Of a stretch of 64,000 nt of DNA, positions 35,150 to 47,200 are shown piece after piece (within the stretch, counting starts at the first letter, position 1; each line of letters begins with the position of its first letter). The stretch lies in contig DF237132.1 in NCBI GenBank assembly GCA_000708835.1, positions 62,001 to 126,000 on the forward strand. Direction: 5' to 3'. Both the position numbers and the translations under genes were made by a program. The notes under the pieces were generated by a model. That model did no database searches and had not been told where the DNA came from. It saw only the letters and a list, made by a program, of their open reading frames with translations. This DNA comes from Klebsormidium nitens (Eukaryota; Plantae; Klebsormidiophyceae).

Positions 35150-37250
35150 CATTGAAACGCATCAGCTTGATCAGGTCTGGCCAGAAAGCTAATATAGAGT
35201 GAGTATGTGAGTATGATTGAAACGCTCGGCTAATGTATACGAAGGGCGCGGCTTATTATCAGTTCACACCAAGGTACGCATTAAAATAGACGTTGGCCCT
35301 GGTGACTTCAACCTCGTGTGGAAAACTGGCATGGTCTTTCACTTTTTCGGATGCAATTCCGACCGCAGTTTGGATCATCTTCAAGTGGATTTCAGCCACT
35401 GTGCATCAGGATCCAGATTGCGTCGTCCAACAGGATGACAATTTCTAAAAAACGTGTTGCCACCATTGCTAGCTTATTTTGCGGGTTCGATTCATGAAGT
35501 AAGTGCCATCCTCATTTTGGCGGGTATCATCCACTGACATTGTTTCTCCGGGGGCCGCGGCCCTGCCGGCCCTGTCGGCCCCATGTCTTGTGCAAGGGCA
35601 TCATAATGAGGGTATCCATCTGGATCCTTCAAACATTCTCCCTGCTACCTAATCTTCCCCCTAATATGAAGTCGCCATAAGACCACAGATTAATTTTAGT
35701 GAGTTGCGATACTTATACTGCAGTCTTTTTGCGCTGCAGTCAATCAGCCACCGGATCTTACGTTTCTTTGTTGTCTTGCTATATTGACTGCCAAAGCCAA
35801 GGTACTACCAGGTTATTAGGAATAGGAGTATTACAGAATTGCAGTATTGTACATATGAAGACAACGTGGAGGATCAGAACTCACTGCTGCTTGGCAGCCT
35901 TCTTTGCAGCATCCAACTGTTGCTTCTTCTCCGCAATCTCGTGGGCGAGCTGCTCTGCTTGTTCCAATTTCTGCTCAGCAAGCTCTTCGCGAAGCTGCAA
36001 AATGATTGCTTGAGTGAGCTTTTGAGTCAACAATGTGAATGACTCAATGCAATAAACAAAAAGTTCAGAATTCTGACCTGTGCAATGCTCGACTCGAAGC
36101 CAATGTATTGTGATATAACAGACAGCATCGCCTGCATATTCGTGCATTCAGATGCCGTGACGGAGAACGGGCAGGTTGTCAATCACAATCGCAGGAAGCA
36201 CCTTCCAGTGAAAGAGAGTGTCAAAGTGGCTGCCGGTGAGCAGTTTTTTGAAAGTTCCACAATGCCTACCTTAGTATCTTTCACAACTCCTTCCTGCAAT
36301 CAAGAATGAATAGCATTAGCAATCAGGTGCCAACCTAACACAAATCAAACAGCTCGCATAGTCACACCTGACAGAGCTTAAAGTCGAAAGAAATACTGCA
36401 GAAATCTTAGCTGGTCTCCACCTTGCACAGTTGGAGGATGTCCAATACGCTAAGTCCAGTGGCCTAAGTTTAGATGCCTTGATCAGCAAAAGGGAGCGCC
36501 ACAACAATGTATGTGAGCAATGTGAACCAGGTTCAATGCAGTTGACATCGTCATGATTCTGCAAGGTCGATCCCTTGCGGTACCTAGGATCTGGACTGCA
36601 GTTACATCCAGGGGCAACTGAGACCAAAGTGGATTCAAAGGAAGTCCTTGACAACTCCCGCGAGTATGCTTCGCTGAATTCACAATGCTCTGAGAGAAGC
36701 TGACCTGAGTAGAAAGCTGAGTCCAGATACTGGATTTGGACAACTGAACTGGACTTTACCAAGCCTGCGCTCAACCAAACCCTCACTATATGACATGATA
36801 GGTATGTAAAATGAAACAAAAGCATATTCGTAAATTATGAAGTACTGAGAGATGTTTCTTGAAGGCAAGCAAATCTCAAGCAGCTTACCAGCGACTCCTC
36901 AGCTGCAGCTTTAGCTTCGTCATGAGTGTGCTGGTGCTCTGGGTCTGCGTGATGGTGGCCAGTGCTCGCCATGACTCTGTTGGGACTTATTCCTGGAATC
37001 AAATTGGGCTAACCAGTTTGTCTGTGGGTTCAATCAATAAAATATGGGGACTCCCTGAGAAATGACGGCGGAGTTGAAAACTTTTTGAAAGGAAGCAAGG
37101 AGCATATACATACCTGAGGCTGACCAGTCTGCTTTCTCAAACGTGCTTCTCTTTCTGGCATCTGCTCTTTACTGCGATGCTGCTTGAAGTTGTACTATAG
37201 GGACCTAGTAGCAATGCTGGGCAAGAGCCGGGCCGGGGAATGTCTCCACA
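35150..37250 (-). other. Second decayed coding-like intergenic tract (possible transposon relic)
   Basis: Fragmentary minus-strand frames with stops (HIHCCGAPFC, LAYWTSS..RP, coiled-coil LQLREELAEQKLEQAEQLAHEIAEKKQQL). No intact gene model. Confidence 0.2.
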
Positions 37251-37280
37251 AACAACGAATTACGCTTTGCCAAGTGGATT

Positions 37281-37310
37281 GCCAACGTGGCAGCACCTGA
37301 CGTCACGTAT
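37281..37310. promoter_or_regulatory. Cluster of ACGT-core (bZIP-type) motifs upstream of the rubredoxin gene
   Basis: gccaACGTggc, TGACGTCA (palindrome) and cACGTa within 30 bp, about 600 bp before ATG 37917. Motif evidence only. Confidence 0.3.
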
Positions 37311-37916
37311 CCAGCTGTCAGGACGAATCCCGTCTGGTGGTCCGTTCCTAAAACCGATGATCCAACGGTAGCGGTCAAAAGCAGCCGACCACAGTCTCAT
37401 CTATCATTCGTTCCGCCTGTATCCAATCGGACGGTCTGCGTCTGCTTGGATGCAACCGGGATCCAACGATCGTAAACATCGCCACACGCAGCGACAATCT
37501 ATCGACCGTCGATAAAAACCGTCCATGTAGAGCGCTTTCACCACGTTGCGTGCATGCAAAAATTGCATGCAGGCCAAGCCTTAGCCAAAGGACCCCTTCC
37601 AAGTGGCCGCCTCGCAATGGCCAGCAGCCCTTCTTCAGGATGATGTGGCTCCCAATTGCAGTTCCCCAGTGAGGGCGGAGCTCCTTTGGCATACGTTGAT
37701 CGCCACGTCCCTTCATGAGCTGTCTTCTCTGCAGTGGAACTGTGGAAGGAAGCTCAAAAGCACTGCACCAAAAGCTCTTGTAATCCTTGCCGATTCCTCA
37801 TTCACAGACACCAAGTTGCTTACACACCTCTCACCGGCAACAATCTTCGAAAAAGCTAGCTTGATCACCTTCCTTCACCGTTAGAAACCGCCCGTAGAAA
37901 GCTAAGATCAGCGAAA

Positions 37917-40027
37917 ATGGCTTCCAGCATGATGACCAGGGCCGTCTCCAGCGGCGCGGCGTTCGCCGCCGCGCCCATGGATCGCATGACGAGGCAAAGC
38001 ATGACCGCACGGCCGGCATTCATGGGGTCTGCCATCAGGGCTGTTAGGCCGGCAGGTAGGTTGTTTCATGACGTGCTGGAAAGCCAACAATATACTTTTG
38101 TAGGCTATGCTTGAGCTCGCCAATGCAGGGGTGGCAATAACAGTCACTGCGCAGGGTTCTGCGGGACGGGCATTGCCTTGAATGAAGATGTACCATTGTC
38201 TGAGCGTGTGACACTACTTCTCACAGCTCAGCGGTACTTGAGCAATGGCCTCAGATGGCCTCTTTGAGTTTAAGATATTGGCCTGCGGTTCTTCAAAAAA
38301 CCTCCTTGACGTTGGGTTTATTGCATTTCACTGCAAGTGCCGCTGAGGTCAGGAGGAGTCCAGTCATGCCCATAACTCCTGCTCAGGGTGATGTTTGGAA
38401 CCGAGAGTCAGGGACAATGACTGGCTGCGCATTGTCAAATTCTTTGAAGAACCCCAGGAATGTGCTTAATACTCAAGAGTGCAGAAGTCCTTTGTGTCTG
38501 GCACCAGCAAGACGATTGGTTGTGTCTGCAAGCACTTAATAAGGTCTTCTCTTTATTTCATGTAGTTATGTCCCGGTCAAGCCGCGGCCTGTCTGTGCGC
38601 GCGGACGCCAAGGTGCAGCCCACAGAGAGGACTGGCGAGGCGGACCAGGGCAGCGTGCGGAGCGGTGTGAGTGGCAATGAGGCGCCCAGGGGACACATGA
38701 CCACAAACGCCCCTCTTGGCCAGGGCAAGGTGCGGTTCTGTTCCTGCATTAAGTTTTGCATGCATTTTGCTTGGGTTGCCTATGTCCTGCCTGGACATTG
38801 GCAAACCACCTGCGAACTGACTGATGTTGGCAGACTTGCTCTGATTATAGTGAGGGAACTCAAGAGCGACACGTGAATCTACTTGGAGAATGATTACGAG
38901 TGGACATACACCCCCTCTTACGGTTTACATTCTTGGAAAATGACAGTAGTCCTACGGTTTGAAATGACATTTGACTCTGGGCTGGGCTCAAAGAACCACT
39001 GCGAAGGCGACAATGTGTGGACCTTGGTGCTTTTACGCAAAATGACGAATTCAGGAAATATTCATCAAAGAGGTATGAAGCTAATGTAGTCAGATTTCAG
39101 CTTGTTACCTACTTGCATTTCTTAGTCCTTCCTCTGCAATCATTCATCACTGTGTCAGTCATTCAATTAAATCTGTTTGTACGAGGAGAAAAGCTCGCCA
39201 TTGAGAGGTTGGTTTGCGCACTCAAATTCCACACACCCTCTTCATATGGCGAGATGCGTCCTTTAAGTGGTCAATATTGTGTGTGCTTGACATACCACAT
39301 TCTTATGAGAACGGACTCATACTTGCAGGGCCCTGTGGGTGAGAGGATCGCTTACCTGTGCAACTCCTGCGGATATGTGTATGACCAGGAGACGCCCTGG
39401 GAGGATGTTGCTGACGACTATCAGTGCCCAGGTAAACTTCTTTGCCGTTTCTGATTGACGGTGATTTGTCATGATCGTACGAACCGTTTCTATAATGGCC
39501 AGTTGGCCAGTGAAGTATAGAGCTCTACCATCAAGTCGCAGTTGACCGACTGTCAATGCAACCCGTGCAATTTAGGGGTTCACCGTTCACCAACAATATA
39601 GGGGAACGAAATGAACGCTTGTTTACTGCACGAAAGAACATCGGATTAGATGTACAAAACACCACCTGGACTAGACAGAAACATACAGGAAGGACAGGAA
39701 GACTTTGTTATTATACATTCCCAATAACCACACATTCAATCCTTTGCCCTGGTACTAGCTTTAGTTGCCGGTTCAAAAGTCCGGCCGACTTGATCAGACG
39801 TTTCCTGGCTTCTGTTCGGAAGATTGTAGTATCCAATCATCTCGATTCAAAATAAATTTGAATCGATATGTCGCATTCGGAAAATATTGCGCACCTGGGA
39901 AGTTGACCTGACTTGTACTCATGAATAGCTCGTTACCTTTGCAGTTTGCTCAGCGCCCAAGGAGTCCTTCACCGTCCAAAACGCAACAGTCGGAGAGATG
40001 GAGCAGCTCGACGATGAGAAAGCGTAG
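37917..40027 (+). CDS. Plastid-targeted rubredoxin-like protein (162 aa)
   Basis: Exons 37917-38055, 38566-38729, 39329-39431, 39945-40027 (489 nt, phases consistent). It has a Ser/Ala/Arg-rich transit-like N-terminus and YLCNSCGYVYD..PWEDVADDYQCPVCSAPKESF (CxxC...CPxC). Confidence 0.9.
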
Positions 40028-41233
40028 GTCTAATGAAGGACTGATAGCGTAATTGATTTTGTGTCGTGTTGAGGAAATTGTTAGCGTTGCCAAATATTGA
40101 TTGTGACCTCGATCAGGAACATTTTGTTGTGGAAGCTGACGGTGTGACGGTTGTGCCGAAAGGCGGAAAACATTGTACAGCGTTGTAATCTATAGACCTA
40201 GTGTGTGCTCTTTTGAAAGGGATAGCTAGGTTTAGTAAGCCTCGTGCACAGTGACGAGTTTGTCAAACAAGCAAACTGGACGCAACGAAGGATGGGAACT
40301 AAGCAACATCCAAACTGAAGAGAAGGTTTTTAACGGAAAATTGTGACTCGCGAATCTGCAACTTACACACGTAACGCTGCCAGAAGGATCAATTGGTGTG
40401 TGCACACTGTGCGAGAAGGAAACAGTTCTGTCAACTCGTGTTGCAAGATATGTTTGTGTGTGGAATGACAAGTACAAACCATCGAAAATGGGAAAAACAA
40501 ATTCTGACTGCTGTCGCACGTGTGCGCGCTGATTCACTCACAATTCGCCTGAAAAGTGAAGTATGAAATAAGAAATTATCATTATAGTGCATGGGGAAAG
40601 TTGAATTGTGGGGCGTACATCCTCGAATCAATGTTTACACTTGCCAAATCGCAAATTCAGCGTTATAGTTCGAAACTATGAAATTCCGACCTGTGGACTG
40701 ATCGACTGAATCTTGTAGAATATATTGTGTGCAAGCGGATATGGCATGTGCAAATATATTACCATGTACACTTTTACTTTACATTACATTTAGTAACGAA
40801 ACCTATATATTTAACATTAGGCTTCCCAATCGTACCTAGCAATTGACAGATTGACTCGTGTGATCTATGTGCGATCCGTTGGTGCAGTATTTCGTGTGAG
40901 CTAATTCTACGATCGACTTCACTGCATGCAATGATATATGACAGAGTCCTTCGATCATTACCTTTTATTACGTTTACACTTTTCCGGTGCAGTACACGGC
41001 GTTGGAATATAAGGCCGCGCGGAAGATGCGTTTTATATCACGTAAGAGTACATTTTGTCTGCATGCGGCAAAGATCGACACGAACCACTCTGGTATTGTG
41101 ATATATCAATGGCCGCATATGTGAGCAGATAAGATCTTGACCTGGATCAGGAACTTTGATAGGATAACCTCAAGCAGGCTGGAAAAAAGCAACCTGCTCC
41201 GGACGATACGCTGACCATTCGCGCCACAGCAAT

Positions 41234-44200
41234 TCAAATGGTAAACGTCCCAATCTCGGCGTTGTTCCTATAAAGCGTCACCGTCCGATCCTGCTTGGGT
41301 TCCAGCCGCAGGCTCAGATCCAGCCCCTGCGTCACCGCACTCAGATACTCTATTGACGTTCTCCGACTCCGGCTCATTTCCCCAGTTCTCGCGCCCAATT
41401 TTGGCTCAAGTCCTGACGAGCCCAGACCCGGCAAAGGCGGAAGCACCACCATTTTACTGCACTGCACGAGCGTGCTGGTTCGGCGCATGTTCGCCCACCA
41501 AGCGGCGCCGAGGTTCCACCACCGCAGCGCGGAATTCGGGCGGGAATAGGCGACCACGCCCTCGCCGTCCGATGAGAAACAGACGGCCGCGATGCTGCCG
41601 TACGTGGTCGCGGCGGCGCCCTCGGCTTTGGAGAGGACGTGCGAGAGCGTGGCGTTGACGCCGTTGTGCGTCGCGGGCCCGCCGCTCGCGTCGAGGACGC
41701 GCATCTGCGGGTGGGGAAGACGGGCTGCTTAGAAGCGGCCCGACACTAGACGCGCGTCTGTACCGGACGATATTCGTAGGCGAATCTGTTGGATGATCAG
41801 AGTCCTTTGAGTCCGTTTTTAATTCAGAATACCAGACCGGTAGAGCAGGCCATAGGCTGCATGGCCAGTCCGCACCAATCGGCTGACAAGCTAGCCGCCC
41901 AACACTCTAGACAACTTTTGCAAACTGTCTTCCGACTTTCCCAATAGCTGTACTTGAAACGCACGACAAGTAATGCAATTGTCCCATCTTGACATTACGT
42001 TCTGGAATGCATTCTGAAGGGCTGAGTCAGCGCCATGGTCCACATCGACCCATGATCCGCAGCCATGCCGCTGAGGCAATTTTCCCATCGCGCTGCGGTC
42101 GAAACGACTCACCTTGAATGCATTTTGAAGATCGTACACGTCGATCTTGAGCGCGTTGGCATCCCCGATGGGGTCGCCCACCGCGAGCCGCATGCTCTCC
42201 TGGTGGTAGGCGACCATGGGGTATATTCTCACCAGCTCCAGTAGCACCTGCGGGCAGGAGCGAGAGTGCGATCATTGTGGTCCTCGCAAGAGCCGGTGGG
42301 ATGTCTGCAGTTGACGTCAGTGCGGTCAGCGAAAGGGGGCGTGCAAGCGAAGGGAGCCGTGCTCGATAAGTTCACGTGCCATGCAATACCAGCGAATGCG
42401 GGTTGGAACCAGAACCGACCAGCGGACTCGCATGGTGTTCTTATCAAATTGGGGTGACAGGGACAATCGACATCCAAGCGCAAAAGAAAGACTGGCTCTT
42501 GCGAAGGTAGGAGTGCTAGAGCTGGGAGATGCGTCTCCAACGGTAACGACAGGGCTTGCAACGTAAGAGCGGGGCACTCAGCAGAAGAACCCGAAATGAC
42601 AGGATGAAAAGTTGAGGGATAAGGGGAGGTGCTGGGAAGAACGTGGAGGACCACATCGAGAAGGATGAGTAGCAACGTACAGGAAAGGGGGGGAAAGGCC
42701 CCAAGAAAAGGCTCGCTTTGCGTTTTTTTCAGGAGAATGGATCAGCTTTCAGGACACGCAACCACAAGGAAACCACAGAAGAAAGAACTGAAGGATGCGG
42801 ACACGAGCAGATTAAGAAGCTCTGCGCGACCGCACCTCCTGACCATGCCCAACCGCACCTCCTGACAAACGCCACCAGCACGCAGCCAGCGGACGGCTGG
42901 TTGCGCCTAACGAGGGGTGACTTGAACTGTGTATTAACTCGTGAAGCTGTCTATCACAATCTTGCTCTGACAGAGGATGCTTCCATCAGAAGGTACACTT
43001 GATGGCACTCAACGAATTTGAAGGACAAAGGATGGCAAGTAGTCGTTCCTGTACCGATCTGGAAACCAACGCGGCTTACCGCCATCGCAGTCTGGAGGCA
43101 GACTTTGCGGAGTGCGGGCAGCGCGGGATCGATGACGTGGACGACGACCGCGACGAGCTGGCTCAGGTGGGGCACGAGCACGCGCGAGTTGGCGCGCACC
43201 GCGCGGATGAGCGCCATAAGCGCGGTCAGGTGCGCGGGCGACTCGGGGGACACCGTGTCGCACTGGTGCTGCATCGGGGAAGGGGAACCGGTTAGTTGAG
43301 CGGAAGTGAGAAACAGACCTGGACTTGTTCGATTTCCCCGTTCCCCAGATTAGTTAAGCGGGAGTTTGAGCTGATCTTGGGAAACACGGTCTTGCACTGG
43401 TGCTGCATGGGGGAAGGGGACTTAAAGTTACGGCTTCCTTAAAATCCAAAGCAAGGAGGAGTGTGCCACGAACTTGCCCGTCTGCTTCATATTGCCTTGC
43501 AATTCGTTCTGCTGTGCGTTGAGACAGAAGCAGACCTACAAGTGCCCGAGCACAGTTTTGGATGTTAAATGCCAATGAAGGCCTATCAGCTCAAGTAGCG
43601 GTTGCAGTGCTCTCCCTAAAAGGTGACATGGTTTTGCACTAGTCGCCAAGAATAATCGACCGGGTTCTCGCTCTTATGAAAGCCCCTGTGGCTGCTTTTA
43701 TCAAGCTTACTTTCGGAGAGCCGTCTAGCTTTGGTCGTGCGGGGGAAGCGGGACCGTTATCCAGAAGAGCAACATTTCTCTCTTTTCATCTCAGCTTGAG
43801 GCACAATTTGGACTCAAGGACCGGCATACGAAAGCCGCTGTGCCTTTTGCAATTCCGCAGCGCCCCGATCGACCTACATGATGATCAAGCGGACCTCACA
43901 TCTTCTTCTGCGGCAATCCTCGTCAAAGCCGAGCCACAATCCAAACCTAACCCCAACTCTAAGCAACCTCAAACGCAAACTCAGGCCCAACCCCCACTTC
44001 GAGAGCGAAACTGAACCCCAATCGTAAAACTCCGAAGCCCCTTACCCTTACGACCTGCAGAAATCCCGGTAGGTCTGCCGCAGCCAGCGCCGGCAGCAAA
44101 TTGCTCGCCAGACTCTCGCGCACCACCATCGCGACGGCGGGAGAGATCCCGCCTTCTCCCGATGGGGTTTTGGGGGTTTCCGACTTCGCTTTCGCTCCGC

Positions 44201-47200
44201 TCAGGCGCTCCGTCATGCCAAGGACTTGCGACACGAGCTGGTTCAGCGAGCCAAGGAGGGGCTGCCACGTGGCGACCATCCCCTCCGCGAGGACCTCGGC
44301 GGCGGTGGCGGAGTGGCGGCCCGCGCCGACGTCGGCTGACGTCAGCAGCTGAAGGAGGTAGGGGGCGACGATGGCGGGGAGGTCGGGGCGAACTAGAGAA
44401 GGGTACCTGAGGGGGGCGCGAAGAACCAATGTTATGGTGGACGAGGGGGACTCTCTCTGAAGAAGGGTTGGTCTGCCACAAAGGGCCATCGAAGTTTGAA
44501 GAAAACCCATTGTGAAGCGCGCCTAGCGCCTTGAGGTATCTGTGTGGATTAGAGCGGTATTGTTGTGTATTGTGGCATCCCCCAACAAAAATCCTGCTCA
44601 ATGAAGGCAAAGCAGGCTTGTCCCGAGCTAGAAAGAATAGTCCCTACCGTTCAAATCAAGAACGTGACGCTCAAGTTCAGACTTAAGGAGCTCTTTCATG
44701 AGGACGTGCGCAAACCAGCCTACAGCCTTTTGAACCTTACGAAGCCACTTTTGTTTGGAAGAAACTGCTCTCCTTACCAGACGGACAGAGCAGCCGCCAC
44801 GACCACGCGGGCCGCCTTTGCGTCCTGGCGGGATCCCCCGATCACGCTCGCCCAGTCGTGCCCGTCCTCCGACTCCAGCCATCCGACCACATCCGCCCGG
44901 GTGCCCTCCCACCGCTCAACGCCCCACTCGCCCTTGCCCGGGAAATCTTCTCGGGGCGTGCCAGGCCTGAAAGAGTGATAGAAAATCAGAAACCATCGGA
45001 CGGAGCGCAGAAGTTTGGAATGGCTGGGGGACAGTTGAGAACCGTGTCGCTACCGTCTGTCTTTTCGGCGTCGTAAAATAAACGTTCCGAATTCATCGTT
45101 GCAATATGCGTAGACCTGTTGGCGCAAACCCTTTGTCGAACCCCATTCAACGCATTTGAGCTGCCCACAGCTAAATCGTGCAGATTTGAGTTCTTTCGTG
45201 TGAAGAACGGACGGTCGCGACACGGTTCTGTCCATCGTGAGCTTTTGCAATCCGCCTGCCATGTACCTTCGATCCATTCATTTCTACAACAGGAACGGAA
45301 GAGGACTAGAAAGCATGCGATTTTCTTCGTCAATATGCAGCATGGCCGGCACTTTGCCGCTCGACAAATGATAGGAGGCGCATTTGGGGCTCGCAAAGAA
45401 GACGCATGAGACGAGTCCCTTGCTGAAAGCACCCTCTCGGCACCCTCGTTGTTGCCTCGCTGTGATTTTTCCTAGAATTTGGATTACAAGCAATCACGTG
45501 AAGAACGTGCGAGGGAGGGCGAATACAAGCGCCTCTCGTTGTCTAGAATTTTGACGGCTTTCCTCACCGGCAGATAAAACTTAGCTTCTTTCTGTCCGCA
45601 GCCTCCGCAGCAAACAATCAAGGGTTTCTACAGGGTAAGCAGCTCTAATCACGTTCTACAACTCCTGGATCTTTGTCGGCCCCAAATCGACTCGGCTCGC
45701 TGAAAAGGCTTCGATTTTCACACTACGTTTGAGGAGGCGCAGGATACCTCAACCAAGATCACACGATCAACAGAAGACTTTAAAAGACAAAGCAAAAAGG
45801 AAAGAGCCGCGGCGCACCTTGACGGCGGTCCCCGCAGGAGGTCCGGCAGCGCGCGGAGGGCGGCGTTGTGGAAGAGCGAGCGCGCCGCCTGGCGCAGGTG
45901 CTCGCACGAGTCCTGCCAGAAGCACGCAAACACCTCCAGCGACGGGGGGGCCATCCCGCGCAGCTTCTCCACCAGGCCGCGGCTGTACTGGGCCGCAAGC
46001 ATGCTGCACAGAGGACGGAACAATCGTTAAGCTTGCGCTTGCATGGAGATATCTCTGTGCGTTCTGGGCATCCGTAGGTACATATTCCACGCCATGCTTC
46101 GTTGGTCGATCTCTCCAATGTTCCATTTCGTCTTTGATTGGCAAGAACTGAGCATGACGCCCAGAAGATCACGCTGGAGGCAGTCTGTCCGGTAACCTGC
46201 GACTTGCGCGAACAGGTCCATTTCTGCTTCTTGCGCAAGTCGCAATACATCTCGGGACCTGAAACCCTGGAAGGACGACAAGCTTCTATTTGCCTGCACA
46301 TATTAGCACCTTTGTGATAGTGCGGACTGAACAAAGATTTAGTTACCCGCCAATCCAGTTACACATCCGCTGCATGCGCGACCTTGTCCTCTCACTTCTG
46401 ATGCATGTCTAGCTAGCTGACTGGAAACTGCCACCAGACTCCGCGCAACTCAGCGACCCGAGACGGTCGGACCCCCTGCAGGATTCCCACAACCAATGAC
46501 GCACCTGCACGCCCCGCGCGCGTTCTTGGACAGCAGCATGAGCCGCTGCGCGAGCGCGACCATCGTGAGCGCGCGCACCGCCGAGAACTCGGGGCTCGCG
46601 CGCCAGAACTCGTGCCGGCTGCGGGGGGCCGGGAACAGCAGCGTCATCGCCCCCTTGTCGCCCATCAGCCCCGGCCCGATACGCAAATCTTCTCCCGGGG
46701 GGGTCACCCCGAGCACGTCTTTCAGCTGTTGATCCAGGTCGGGGGACACCCCCCAAAGGTGCAGGAACGCGAGCGACATGCGCAGCGCACTCCCCTCGAC
46801 CGACCACAGCTTGTTCTCGTCCGTCGCTTTTTGTTCTGCCAGGGCGGCCGACAAGCCCCCCTTGCCGGGGGTCTGGGGCTTGGCGCCGTCGGAAGGTTTG
46901 GGCGAGGGGCCGGGGGTGCCGAGGTCCGAAGAGATGCCCGCCAGTTCGGGGGCCATGAGCATCATAAGATCGTACTGTAGAGCGGCGACCCCCGGGAGGG
47001 GGCACGTGCCCCGGATCGGCTGCTGGGGGGTCCGCACGTCTGCCACGTTCGCCCCCTCTTTCACGCGCGGTTTGGGCCCCCCGCTGACGTCACCGCCGCC
47101 CCCCCGATCCCCCGCCTTCGACACCAGGTTCGAGAACGCGGTCTTCAAGCCGGGAGCGTCGTCCTTGCCTCCGCCGGTGAAGAGCGCCGTCAGATTCGAC

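Noticed and set aside
40600-41200. AT-rich region as an snRNA/tRNA or Helitron
   Set aside because: No T-loop (GTTCRA) in a cloverleaf and no U-snRNA signature. It is consistent with convergent 3' UTRs of the rubredoxin and WDR7 genes.
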